A stretch of 62,102 nt of DNA from Candidatus Ornithospirochaeta sp. (lineage in GTDB: Bacteria > Spirochaetota > Spirochaetia > Sphaerochaetales > Sphaerochaetaceae), in the NCBI GenBank assembly GCA_034178685.1, contig JAXFQZ010000179.1, positions 1 through 62,102 on the forward strand. The letters are read 5' to 3'. The first letter of the stretch is position 1. Each line of letters starts with the position of its first letter. Positions 19,079 to 28,044 of this stretch are shown one piece after another. The notes beneath the pieces are model-generated. The model made no database searches, had not been told where the DNA came from, and saw only the letters and a list, made by a program, of their open reading frames with translations. The position numbers and the translations under genes were made by a program.

Positions 19079-19227
19079 GCCTCCATTGTATTGTTTTTGA
19101 TTCCATTTGTCATTCAGCGAGCAAAACAAAGGGCAAATGAGAATAAGGAGTATAGGACATAAGCATGTGCACAGGTCCGGGGCGTCCCCTTTCCCCGGAC
19201 CGGTGCGATGCTTGAAAGGAGACGAAG

Positions 19228-21276
19228 ATGAAAAGAACCCTGCTTGCCATAATGGCCATCCTCATCATGCTCTGCTCATGCCAGGAACAGACAAACAGAG
19301 CCTCGCTGAGGATTCTTCTTGAGAAGGATACCAGGACAATAGCCCCTGAGGGATATCCTCTGGATGTCACGAAATACAGGATAACGGGAAGCGGTCCTGG
19401 AGGCGCGTCCTTCGATATCACAACAGGAAAGACAAGCGTATCGCTTACAGGACTGGTGATCGGAACATGGTCGCTCAGGGCCGAAGGACTGAATGAGAAC
19501 GGGGACATTATGGTGTACGGGGAGACCGAGTTCCAGCTATCGATGAACAGCACAAGCACCACCATTACCCTGTCCACCCTATATGGAAGCGGATCCCTGA
19601 GCCTCTCATTCTCATGGGATCCCGCAAGGATATCCAGCCCGAAGCTAGACCTGACGCTCACCAGCCAGTATGGAAGCAAGGACAGCATAACGCTGACTCC
19701 GACGGCCTTCAGCGCATCAGAAGGAACAGCGTCCTTCAGCGGATCCGGATATCCATCAGGCTCCTACGTGCTATCCGCAAGGCTATACTCAGGAGAGGTT
19801 CTTGCGGCAGGATCGGTTGAAGCAGTACGGATCGCAGGAAACAAGACAAGCACAGGATCCATCGCATTCGATCTCGATAAATACCCCGATAACCCAGGAT
19901 CGCTGAATCTTGTGAACCAGACAGGAGTCCCTGTCAGCTGCAGCATCGAAGGAGTCTCGGACACGACTCTCGTAGGAAACAGCGTAGTCGCATCCCTTGC
20001 ATCTGATTCAGGGGATATCAGCGGCTTCCAGATCCAGTGGTATCTGGATGGTGCCTTCATCGGAGAGGGAATCTCCGCATCATTCACCCCGAGCGCCGGA
20101 GTGCATAGGATAGATGCAGTGGCTTCGACATCCAGGCTCGGCTCCTCAGGCTCATGCGGGAAGAACTTCGAGACCGTCCTGAACACAGCTGAGGGCATCC
20201 CTGTTGTCGGAGGAGTGATCAGGACATCCGAGACAAGCCTCGTGCTAGGCGCGAAGCCTGTCATAAGGTTCCTTCCTGATGGCAAGGTGCTTGCTATCAG
20301 CAATGCCGCAAAGCTCGTGCAGATATGCTCGCTTCTGCGCAACACGCTCAGCATAGAGAAGACGTACACGTTTGAAGAACTCGGAATCACAGCTGCCGAG
20401 GTGAAGGACGTGCAGGCAACACAGCTTACCGAGGCCGCATCCAAGCTTGTGATGGCTGCGGATTCACCTGCATCCACGTTCCTCTTCAACTACAGCCATG
20501 AGAATCCGATCATGATAAAGTCACGCGAGAGCAAAGGAGACTATGGAGTGCATAGCGGAACGCAGTACCCGATAGGCTCCTATAGGAAGATCCTGATGCT
20601 TCCGCTCTATGACTTTGCATTCATCCTCGGCCACCAGGCCGATATGGGGGGTTCGTACCTGATTGCAAAGAGATACCTCGAGTCAACCGATGCGGCATAC
20701 AATGCGGGATCGCTGAATCTCCGCACGTCATTCCATCTGGCTCTGAGGAGCACACCGACTGTCACTGCGGTGAACCCAGAGGGCTCGATGTGCGTGGTAG
20801 GATGCGAGGCAGGAGGATTCTACGCATATGCCCCGTCACGGATAACGGATCCTTACTTCAAGATGGAGGTCGCATGCACAGTGGATCTGAAGAACAAGAC
20901 ATCAGGGCTGAGGAACATGTCCTTCATCGGCTATAGCCAGATCGCGTTCGCAACAGCGACGTCCATCGGAGTCGCGACAGCGAGTGCCTCGAATTACCAG
21001 TTCGCGCTGACATCGCAGCAGTCCATCGGAGAAAGGGTCGTGGAGGATATGAAGACAACAGATGACTATGCATACACATATATCATCGACAGCGCAGGAA
21101 ACTCAGTCTGGACACTCAAGCCGAATGAGGACAGGACGCAGATGGTCGGATTGGGAGACCTCAGCCTGCCCGTTCCGGACATGAATGCAATAGAGATATC
21201 CGGAAGCGGAACCAATGCCCTCGTCTACAACAGGGATTCAGCGGACTCAATCGTACTGCTTAGGATAAACAGATAA
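19228..21276 (+). CDS. Large uncharacterised surface/periplasmic lipoprotein (682 aa)
   Basis: SD AAGGAG. Lipobox MKRTLLAIMAILIMLCSC. The N-terminal third has two similar Ig-like modules (...TGLVIGTWSLRAEGLNENGD... and ...GYPSGSYVLSARLYSGEV...). The remainder is beta-rich with no recognisable catalytic motif. Confidence 0.7.
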   Translation: MKRTLLAIMAILIMLCSCQEQTNRASLRILLEKDTRTIAPEGYPLDVTKYRITGSGPGGASFDITTGKTSVSLTGLVIGTWSLRAEGLNENGDIMVYGETEFQLSMNSTSTTITLSTLYGSGSLSLSFSWDPARISSPKLDLTLTSQYGSKDSITLTPTAFSASEGTASFSGSGYPSGSYVLSARLYSGEVLAAGSVEAVRIAGNKTSTGSIAFDLDKYPDNPGSLNLVNQTGVPVSCSIEGVSDTTLVGNSVVASLASDSGDISGFQIQWYLDGAFIGEGISASFTPSAGVHRIDAVASTSRLGSSGSCGKNFETVLNTAEGIPVVGGVIRTSETSLVLGAKPVIRFLPDGKVLAISNAAKLVQICSLLRNTLSIEKTYTFEELGITAAEVKDVQATQLTEAASKLVMAADSPASTFLFNYSHENPIMIKSRESKGDYGVHSGTQYPIGSYRKILMLPLYDFAFILGHQADMGGSYLIAKRYLESTDAAYNAGSLNLRTSFHLALRSTPTVTAVNPEGSMCVVGCEAGGFYAYAPSRITDPYFKMEVACTVDLKNKTSGLRNMSFIGYSQIAFATATSIGVATASASNYQFALTSQQSIGERVVEDMKTTDDYAYTYIIDSAGNSVWTLKPNEDRTQMVGLGDLSLPVPDMNAIEISGSGTNALVYNRDSADSIVLLRINR

Positions 21277-21280
21277 ACGA

Positions 21281-21331
21281 AATGGGCTGCTGCACGCAAA
21301 CCTTCAATCAAAGGGCGTGCACAGCCCCATT
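21281..21331. terminator. Long imperfect hairpin between convergent genes (possible bidirectional terminator)
   Basis: AATGGGCTGCTGCACGC ... GCGTGCACAGCCCCATT with a roughly 17-nt loop, lying exactly between the stops at 21276 (+) and 21333 (-). Confidence 0.5.
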
Positions 21332-21332
21332 G

Positions 21333-22916
21333 TCACCTATTGGATTCAGCCTTTCTAGCAGAGAGCGCTGATGAGTATTCCTTGTAGTGTATGCCAACCC
21401 TATCAAGCATCTTCTCGACAGATGGCTGGATGCCGCATAGCGCGATCCTCACGCCCTTTGCCTTGCAGTCCTCGAGAATGGACTGCAGCTCCTCAGCACC
21501 GCTATGGTCCACCTGGGATACGCCTCTGAGAGAGAAGACTATCTTCGTGAATCCCTTCTCGATCAGGGATGAGACTTCGCCTGTGATCTTTTCCTGGGTC
21601 CCGAAGAAGAGCATGCCGTTTATGTACACGCATGCGACCTTGTCATTGATCTTCTCTGTCTGCAGAGTCAGCTCCGAGCTTGCCCTCAGCACGAAGAGGA
21701 CCATCGAGAGCCCTACTCCAATGAGGATTGCTGTCGTAAGGTCGAATACGACTGTCGCGATCATCGTGACAAGGAACTGCGCAATCGAGGTCTTGAGCTT
21801 CTTGGAGAAGATGACATGTATTGTCTCCCACTCATTCATCCTCCATGCAGTGACCATCAGAACTCCGGATAGAGCTGCAAGAGGGATCCTTGCCATCAGA
21901 GGAGAAAGGAGGAACATGGAGAGAAGAAGCCCTGCAGAGTGGATTATCGATACCATCCTCGTAACGCCGCCGCTCTTGATCGCAACGCTTGTGCGCGCAA
22001 TGGCTGCAGTTGCAGGAATACCTCCGAAGAACGGGATGATTATGTTACCGATTCCCTGAGCATATAGCTCCTGGGTCGCATCGAGCTTCTCACCCTTCAT
22101 CTTACCGCCGGATGCGCCGCATAGCAGGGACTCTATCATCCCGAGAAGCGCAATCGAGAGAGCCGGGGATATGAACTTTATAAGATATGCCGGGCTGAGG
22201 GATGAGAACATAAGCCTCTCCTCAGGGAGAAGCGTCCTGGGGATTGCGCCGACTGTTGCTACATCGAGGCGGAATATGAGCTGGACCACAAGTGCTACTA
22301 TGATCGCAAGAAGCGAGGAAGGAAAGACCTTGTTGAGCTTCCTGGGCCATACGATCATGATCAGGGCACATAGGAGCGTATAGAATACAGCGCCCATTGC
22401 CGGATGAAAGCCAAGGGATCCATAGCTGAGGAGCTTTGCGATGGCATTGCTTCCCTGCGAGACAGTACCGAATGCGTTATCGATCTGCCCCAGCGCGATG
22501 ATGATGGCGATTCCGGATGTGAATCCCGTGATTACTGGCTTAGGTATGAAATTGACCAGCTTACCCACCTTGAAGACCGCAAATACAAGAAGAAGCACGC
22601 CTGCAAGGAAACCTGCAGCGAATACTCCCTGAAGGCCGAATGAAGCAGCCAGGGAGAGAAGTATCGCAGCCATTGCTCCTGTCGGTCCCGAGATCTGATA
22701 TGACGCACCTGAAAGGCCTCCGATCACAAGACCTGCGATGATTGCGCAGATCAGTCCGGATGCGGCATCCGCACCGGATGATACTCCGAAGGCAAGAGCC
22801 AGCGGAAGAGCGACAGCTGTGCATGTGATACCTGCCATTGCATCCTTCATGAAGGACGAGGCATTGTAACCCTTGAACTCTCTCTTCAAGGATGAGAAAT
22901 AGTTGTTTATCTGCAT
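21333..22916 (-). CDS. SulP-family anion permease with C-terminal STAS domain
   Basis: N-terminus ...FMKDAMAGITCTAVALPLALAFG, many TM helices, and a C-terminal STAS-like module (VYINGMLFFGT...LRGVSQVDHSGAEEL). Start set at ATG 22916. The ORF-track start at 23021 adds 35 non-conserved residues. Confidence 0.88.
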   Translation of the reverse strand: MQINNYFSSLKREFKGYNASSFMKDAMAGITCTAVALPLALAFGVSSGADAASGLICAIIAGLVIGGLSGASYQISGPTGAMAAILLSLAASFGLQGVFAAGFLAGVLLLVFAVFKVGKLVNFIPKPVITGFTSGIAIIIALGQIDNAFGTVSQGSNAIAKLLSYGSLGFHPAMGAVFYTLLCALIMIVWPRKLNKVFPSSLLAIIVALVVQLIFRLDVATVGAIPRTLLPEERLMFSSLSPAYLIKFISPALSIALLGMIESLLCGASGGKMKGEKLDATQELYAQGIGNIIIPFFGGIPATAAIARTSVAIKSGGVTRMVSIIHSAGLLLSMFLLSPLMARIPLAALSGVLMVTAWRMNEWETIHVIFSKKLKTSIAQFLVTMIATVVFDLTTAILIGVGLSMVLFVLRASSELTLQTEKINDKVACVYINGMLFFGTQEKITGEVSSLIEKGFTKIVFSLRGVSQVDHSGAEELQSILEDCKAKGVRIALCGIQPSVEKMLDRVGIHYKEYSSALSARKAESNR

Positions 22917-23060
22917 ATAGGTAACCCTGAACAATATACCTGTTTCAGTGTCTAAGTTCCATATCGGATAGGCTGAAAAATCAAATGATTTTTGATTTTC
23001 CAGGAGAGAGCCGATTCTCAACAGTTTGCTCCGATACCATAGCCGGATGCATCATATGGC

Positions 23061-23096
23061 AGAGAAAAGACCCGGAAGCGGCTAGGCCTCCGGGTC
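23061..23096 (-). terminator. Rho-independent terminator of the hydrogenase operon
   Basis: On the minus strand, GACCCGGAGGCCTAGCCGCTTCCGGGTC is followed by TTTTCTCT, about 20 nt after the hydA stop. Confidence 0.7.
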
Positions 23097-23114
23097 CCTT
23101 CGATTCTCTATCGA

Positions 23115-24860
23115 TCAGCTCTTGTATACTGGAACTTCCTGATACTCTGTGTGGAGCAGATGATGTGCCTTCTCCGAGAGCGGCTCGCCAAGGTAATCCT
23201 TGTAGAGCTTCTGGATGGATGGGTTCTGGTGAGAGCATCTCTTCACGCACTTCTCATCATCCTCATAGAGGCCTGCGATTCTCTGTTCCCTGACATCGTC
23301 ATCGGTGCCATATGGCTGGCCGCCACCTGCGATGCAGCCGCCTCTGCAGGCCATGATCTCAATGAACTCGAAATCTGGCTCCCTGCCAGCAAGCTTGTCT
23401 TCCTTGACCTTATCAAGGAGGCCCTTTGCGTTTGCCATGCCATGCACGACTGCAACGCGGACCTTCTTGCCATTCACATCGACCTCGCCGCGCTTGACTT
23501 CATCCATGCCGCGGACAAGATTGATGTTAGGATCCGGAAGCTCGCTTCCTGTAAGGCCGAAGTAAGCTGTTCTGATAGCAGCCTCCATAACGCCGCCTGT
23601 TACGCCGAAGATGGTTCCAGCTCCTGAGTACTCTCCGATCGGGCTGTCTGCCTCGCTCTCCGGCAGTCCCTTGAAATCAAGGCCGCGGGAATTGATCAGG
23701 CGCGCAAGCTCCCTTGTCGTGAGGACAAGGTCGATATCATAGTAGCCTGATGACTTTGCATGCTCACCATCGCGTGTTCTCTCGAACTTCTTTGCGGTGC
23801 AAGGCATGATTGCAACAGAGAAGATCTTCGACTTGTCGATATTGCACTTCTCGGCCCAGTATGTCTTTGTGACTGCACCCTGCATCATCATAGGGCTCTT
23901 AGCCGATGAGAGGTTCTCGAGAAGCTCCGGATAGTACTTCTCAACGTAATCGACCCAGCCTGGGCAGCATGATGTGATCTGAGGAAGGACCTTGTTGTTC
24001 TTCATCCTGTCGATCAGCTCATAGCCCTCTTCCATGATCGTGAGGTCTGCACCGAAGTTGGTATCGAAGACATAGTCCACACCGATGCGCCTGAGAGCTG
24101 TGTAGAGCTTGCCTGTTGTGATATCGCCTGGCTTGAGGCCGAATTCCTCGCCGATTGCGACCCTTACAGCAGGTGCTATCTGTACAGCTACGACCTTCTC
24201 AGGATCCGCGATTGCCTTCATCAGGTCATTCGAGTGGTCCTGCTCATAGATAGCTCCGACAGGACAGTGCGTCACGCACTGGCCGCACTTGATGCATGGG
24301 CTGTCGTTGAGCGGGAGATTTGCAGCTGGGCTCATCTTTGTCTTGTCACCGCGTCCGATGAACTCAAGAGCGTAGACTCCCTGCAGGGACTGGCAGACCT
24401 GAACGCATCTGCCGCACTTGATGCACTTCTCAGGATCGAGGACGATGGCTCCTGTCGATCTGTCCTTCTTGTTTTCAGCAAGACGGACCTCGAAAGGCTG
24501 CTCCCTTACTCCATACTCGATGGCAAGCTTCTGGAGCTCGCACTTGTTGTTCCTTGTGCAGAGAAGGCATGAGGAAGGATGTGTCGACATCGTCAGCTCA
24601 AGTATTGTCCTTCTTACATCATAAAGCTCCTGATCATGGGTTATGATCTTCATTCCCTCTGCAGCAGGTGTCGAGCATGCCCTGATGATCTTAGCGGATC
24701 CTACCTGCTTGCACACGCACAGTCCGCATGAGCCGAATGGCTTGAGGTCTGGGTGATAGCAGAGTGTCGGGATCCTTATTCCTGCTTTCCTGGCAGCGTC
24801 AAGGACGGTTGCTCCCTCTGCTACCTCTACGTCTATTCCCTGAATATTGAGATGAATCAT
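23115..24860 (-). CDS. hydA: [FeFe]-hydrogenase catalytic subunit (HydA, NADH/ferredoxin-dependent trimeric type)
   Basis: 581 aa. N-terminal 2Fe-2S fold, two CxxCxxCxxxCP ferredoxin motifs, and H-cluster motifs TSCCPGWV, MPCTAKKFE and ACRGGCIAGGGQP. Confidence 0.93.
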   Translation of the reverse strand: MIHLNIQGIDVEVAEGATVLDAARKAGIRIPTLCYHPDLKPFGSCGLCVCKQVGSAKIIRACSTPAAEGMKIITHDQELYDVRRTILELTMSTHPSSCLLCTRNNKCELQKLAIEYGVREQPFEVRLAENKKDRSTGAIVLDPEKCIKCGRCVQVCQSLQGVYALEFIGRGDKTKMSPAANLPLNDSPCIKCGQCVTHCPVGAIYEQDHSNDLMKAIADPEKVVAVQIAPAVRVAIGEEFGLKPGDITTGKLYTALRRIGVDYVFDTNFGADLTIMEEGYELIDRMKNNKVLPQITSCCPGWVDYVEKYYPELLENLSSAKSPMMMQGAVTKTYWAEKCNIDKSKIFSVAIMPCTAKKFERTRDGEHAKSSGYYDIDLVLTTRELARLINSRGLDFKGLPESEADSPIGEYSGAGTIFGVTGGVMEAAIRTAYFGLTGSELPDPNINLVRGMDEVKRGEVDVNGKKVRVAVVHGMANAKGLLDKVKEDKLAGREPDFEFIEIMACRGGCIAGGGQPYGTDDDVREQRIAGLYEDDEKCVKRCSHQNPSIQKLYKDYLGEPLSEKAHHLLHTEYQEVPVYKS

Positions 24861-24873
24861 TCTTCACTGCCTC

Positions 24874-26661
24874 CTAACGAATCTCGATAGCGGAGAATTT
24901 GCATGTCTCCTTGCAGACGCCGCACTTGATGCATACGCTTGAGTTGATCTTGTGAGGCTTCCTGACTTCACCGGAGATAGCTCCGACCGGGCACTTGCGT
25001 GAGCAAGCCGTACAGCCTATGCACTTATCCGGATTGATCTGGTAAGAGATGAGCTTCTTGCACTTGCCTGCTGGGCACTTCTTCTCCTTGATATGCGCTT
25101 CATACTCCTCTGGGAAGTATCTGAGCGTTGAGAGAACAGGGTTAGGAGATGTCTGGCCGAGAGCGCAGAGAGAGCCCTTCTGCATTGCCTGGGCAACCTG
25201 CTTGATCTGCTTGATATCCTCTTCTGTTCCGTTTCCGTTCGTGATCTTCTCAAGGATGTTGCATAGCGTCTTTCCGCCGATACGGCATGGAGCGCACTTA
25301 CCGCATGATTCATCGACTGTGAAGTTGAGGTAGAACTTAGCTACGTCAACGATGCAGTCATCCTCATCCATTACGATCATGCCGCCGGATCCCATCATGG
25401 AACCGATCTTCTGGAGACCGCCGAAGTCGATAGGAGTATCGAGGTTCTCCTCTGTGATGACACCGCCTGAAGGACCGCCTGTCTGCACTGCCTTGAACTT
25501 CTTGCCATGAGCGATACCGCCTCCGATATCATAGACGATCTCCCTGAGCGTAGTACCCATCGGGACCTCTACGAGACCTGAGTTGCAGATCTTTCCCGTA
25601 AGCGCGAATACCTTCGTTCCATGGCTGTCAGCTGTACCGATGGATGCGAACCATGCACCGCCCTTGGCGATGATCGCAGGAACGTTAGCCCATGTCTCAA
25701 CGTTGTTGATTACAGTCGGCTTGCCCCAGAGTCCCTTCACTGCCGGGAATGGCGGTCTTGGAAGAGGCATGCCCCTATGGCCTTCGATTGACTGAAGAAG
25801 AGCTGTCTCCTCTCCGCATACGAATGCACCAGCGCCGAGCCTGATCTCGATATCGTAATCGAAGCCGGAACCGAGGATGTTCTTTCCGAGAAGACCATAC
25901 TCCCTTGCCTGCTTCATAGCAACCTCAAGCCTGTGGATTGCGAGAGGATACTCAGCCCTGATGTAGATGAAGCCCTGATGCGCGCCGATCGTGTGGCCGC
26001 AGATAGTCATAGCCTCAAGAACGGAATGCGGGTCGCCCTCGAGAGTAGAGCGGTCCATGTATGCGCCCGGATCTCCCTCGTCTGCGTTGCAGACGACGAA
26101 CTTCTCATCGCCTTCAGCCTGCTTGGTGAAGTTCCACTTCATCCATGTAGGGAAGCCTGCGCCGCCGCGGCCTCTGAGTCCTGCTGTCTTCATCTCCTCG
26201 ATTACCTGATCGGGAGTCATCTCGAAGAGGACCTTCTCAAGAGCCTTGTAGCCATCTGCTGCGATGTATTCGTCGATGTTCTCAGGGTCGATCGATCCGC
26301 AGTTGCGGAGAACGACTCTCAATTGCTTCTTGTAGAATGGGATGTCCTCGACTTCCTCATATGGCTTCCTTGGGGTCTTGTCATATAGAAGCCTCTTAAC
26401 CTCACGGCCCTTTACGACATGCTCAGAGATAAGCTCCTTAGCGTCCTCTGGCTTGACCTGAACGTAGAAGGAATCCTCTGGGAGGATCTTCACGATTGGT
26501 CCCTGCTCACAGAATCCGAAGCAGCCTGTCTTGATTACCTGGACCTGCTCCTCGACACCCTGGGCCTTTGCTTCCTCAATAAGGGAGCGATAGATCTGAT
26601 CTGAGCGAGAAGATTCGCATCCTGTACCGCCACAGACGAGAATGTAGTTCTTAAATCCCAT
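24874..26661 (-). CDS. hydB: NuoF-like flavoprotein subunit of the hydrogenase (HydB)
   Basis: 595 aa. N-terminal Trx-like 2Fe-2S domain (ILVCGGTGC...TGCFGFC), FMN/NADH site GRGGAGFPTWMKW, ESCGKCAPCRIG, and C-terminal 2x[4Fe-4S] (CIGCTACSRKCP, CIKCGVCKETC). Confidence 0.93.
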   Translation of the reverse strand: MGFKNYILVCGGTGCESSRSDQIYRSLIEEAKAQGVEEQVQVIKTGCFGFCEQGPIVKILPEDSFYVQVKPEDAKELISEHVVKGREVKRLLYDKTPRKPYEEVEDIPFYKKQLRVVLRNCGSIDPENIDEYIAADGYKALEKVLFEMTPDQVIEEMKTAGLRGRGGAGFPTWMKWNFTKQAEGDEKFVVCNADEGDPGAYMDRSTLEGDPHSVLEAMTICGHTIGAHQGFIYIRAEYPLAIHRLEVAMKQAREYGLLGKNILGSGFDYDIEIRLGAGAFVCGEETALLQSIEGHRGMPLPRPPFPAVKGLWGKPTVINNVETWANVPAIIAKGGAWFASIGTADSHGTKVFALTGKICNSGLVEVPMGTTLREIVYDIGGGIAHGKKFKAVQTGGPSGGVITEENLDTPIDFGGLQKIGSMMGSGGMIVMDEDDCIVDVAKFYLNFTVDESCGKCAPCRIGGKTLCNILEKITNGNGTEEDIKQIKQVAQAMQKGSLCALGQTSPNPVLSTLRYFPEEYEAHIKEKKCPAGKCKKLISYQINPDKCIGCTACSRKCPVGAISGEVRKPHKINSSVCIKCGVCKETCKFSAIEIR

Positions 26662-26662
26662 G

Positions 26663-27043
26663 TTACTGCTCCTCTTCTACAAGTTCGATCTTCTTATCCT
26701 CAAGAATCTGTCCCTTGATAATATGCTCATCAACGATCCTGAGAGCTGTCTCCTTGTCCACTGAACCATAGACAACTACACCATTCTCAGGTGTGAATAC
26801 CTCTACAACAGGCTCCGGGTTTGGAGCAGCTGATCCACTCTGGGTGATGATCACGTTATCCAGTCCTTTCGCTTCAAGCTCATCGGCAATGGCATTAAGC
26901 ACGACCTTGGCTCCTGCTGCGATTCCCGATGTTCCCATTGCTACAATCACATGGACCGGGCGGCCATGTATATTGCGTTTCTTGAGATTCTTCTCCTCAC
27001 GCTCCCTAATGGCATGAAGATCGGAAAGTGAAAGTTTAGCCAT
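26663..27043 (-). CDS. Thioredoxin-like-ferredoxin-fold protein lacking all cysteines (HydD-like position in operon)
   Basis: 126 aa from ATG 27043, with SD AAGGAG 5 nt upstream. It aligns by eye to the HydB N-terminal Trx-like domain (VIVAMGTSG.../...SGSAAPNPEPVVEV.../...EHIIKG versus ILVCGGTGC.../...TGCFGFCEQGPIVKI.../...EHVVKG) but contains no Cys. The ORF-track start at 27172 is rejected because it overlaps the upstream gene by 137 nt. Confidence 0.6.
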   Translation of the reverse strand: MAKLSLSDLHAIREREEKNLKKRNIHGRPVHVIVAMGTSGIAAGAKVVLNAIADELEAKGLDNVIITQSGSAAPNPEPVVEVFTPENGVVVYGSVDKETALRIVDEHIIKGQILEDKKIELVEEEQ

Positions 27044-27521
27044 TTTCTCTCCTTGTCCTAACCATCTTGCGGATCGTTTCCTTGAATAAGGAAATCCCAT
27101 CCGCTCTCTCCAGGTCAATTCCCCTGGATTCAATCTCGCTGCCTGAGAATACCAGTTCGATATCCCCGGCAATACTCAGCCTGATTCCCCTGCCGGCCTG
27201 GAATACAGGGAAGAATGCGTCCCCTGGATCATCGAAGCTCCCATCATACGGGGACTCGAATCTGAGGACCGTCCTGTCTCCCTCTCTCTTAAGGGAGCAC
27301 TTCCCTCCGCTTCTCTCCTCTATCAGCCTAAGCCCCATTCCTCTTCCCTTTCCCTTAGTGGAAAGGCCTGTGAAAGGCTCTACGGATGGGCCACGCCCAT
27401 CATCCACCACCGTGACAACGGCTATTCCGTTCCCAAGATGGATGTCAGCAGCTATTTCCCTGGCTCCGGCCTCGGTGCTGTTGACTACGGCCTCAAGAAG
27501 CAGGTCGGATAGAGCATGCAT
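27036..27521 (-). CDS. Stand-alone GHKL/HATPase_c-domain protein (no HisKA or sensor domain)
   Basis: 161 aa. N-box LLEAVVNSTEAGA, G1 VDDGRG, G2 GRGMGLRL. Overlaps the flanking genes by 1 nt (upstream hydC) and 8 nt (downstream Trx-like gene). Confidence 0.65.
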   Translation of the reverse strand: MHALSDLLLEAVVNSTEAGAREIAADIHLGNGIAVVTVVDDGRGPSVEPFTGLSTKGKGRGMGLRLIEERSGGKCSLKREGDRTVLRFESPYDGSFDDPGDAFFPVFQAGRGIRLSIAGDIELVFSGSEIESRGIDLERADGISLFKETIRKMVRTRRENG

Positions 27522-27985
27522 CAGGCAAACTTATCCAAAACCCCGGCAACCTGGTTCTTGGTGATCTTGCCGAATACCTCTCCGCCGATAGACATAACAG
27601 GAGCAAGACCGCAGCATCCGATGCAGCGCACAGCCTCAAGGGAGAACTTACCGTCGTCAGTAACGCTTCCTACAGTGAGACCGAGCTCCTTGCCAAGCTC
27701 CTCGATGATCATATCTCCACCCTTGAGGTAGCAAGCAGTACCTAAGCAGACCTGGATATTGTATTTGCCAGGCCTATTGAGCTTGAAGAAATGATAGAAA
27801 GTCAAAACGCCCCATATTGTCGCAAGAGGAACACCGAGCTGCCTGGAAACCTCGTCCGCAGCCTCCCTTGAAATGTATCCGAACTCCTCCTGGACCTTAT
27901 GGAGGATCATAATAAGATTACCTGGCTTTTCTTTCCATTCAGAAATAAACGCATTCAGATCATCAGAAAAAATATTCTGAGACAT
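27521..27985 (-). CDS. hydC: NuoE-like [2Fe-2S] subunit of the hydrogenase (HydC)
   Basis: 154 aa. CLGTACYLKGG ... CIGCCGLAP are the NuoE-type cluster ligands. Strong SD GAAGGAGGA. Confidence 0.9.
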   Translation of the reverse strand: MSQNIFSDDLNAFISEWKEKPGNLIMILHKVQEEFGYISREAADEVSRQLGVPLATIWGVLTFYHFFKLNRPGKYNIQVCLGTACYLKGGDMIIEELGKELGLTVGSVTDDGKFSLEAVRCIGCCGLAPVMSIGGEVFGKITKNQVAGVLDKFA

Positions 27986-28015
27986 AAATCCTCCTTCTCT
28001 TAATCCTAATTTACC

Positions 28016-28044
28016 ATATTAGCTAAATATATCATCCTTGGCAA
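28016..28044 (-). promoter_or_regulatory. Candidate sigma70-type promoter of the hyd operon (TTGCCA-N17-TAATAT)
   Basis: Read on the minus strand in the AT-rich intergenic region. The -10 ends about 30 nt upstream of the hydC ATG. Confidence 0.45.

Noticed and set aside
19110-20489. Two minus-strand ORFs (192 aa and 241 aa) inside the large lipoprotein gene.
   Set aside because: They are antisense to a gene with a strong SD and a lipoprotein signal peptide. No motifs are present and the composition is Ser/Pro-rich.
26663-27172. The longer 169-aa version of the Trx-like ORF given in the track.
   Set aside because: The upstream 43 codons overlap the HATPase gene in another frame and have no SD. 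The internal ATG at 27043 has a perfect AAGGAG SD and gives a domain-sized protein.
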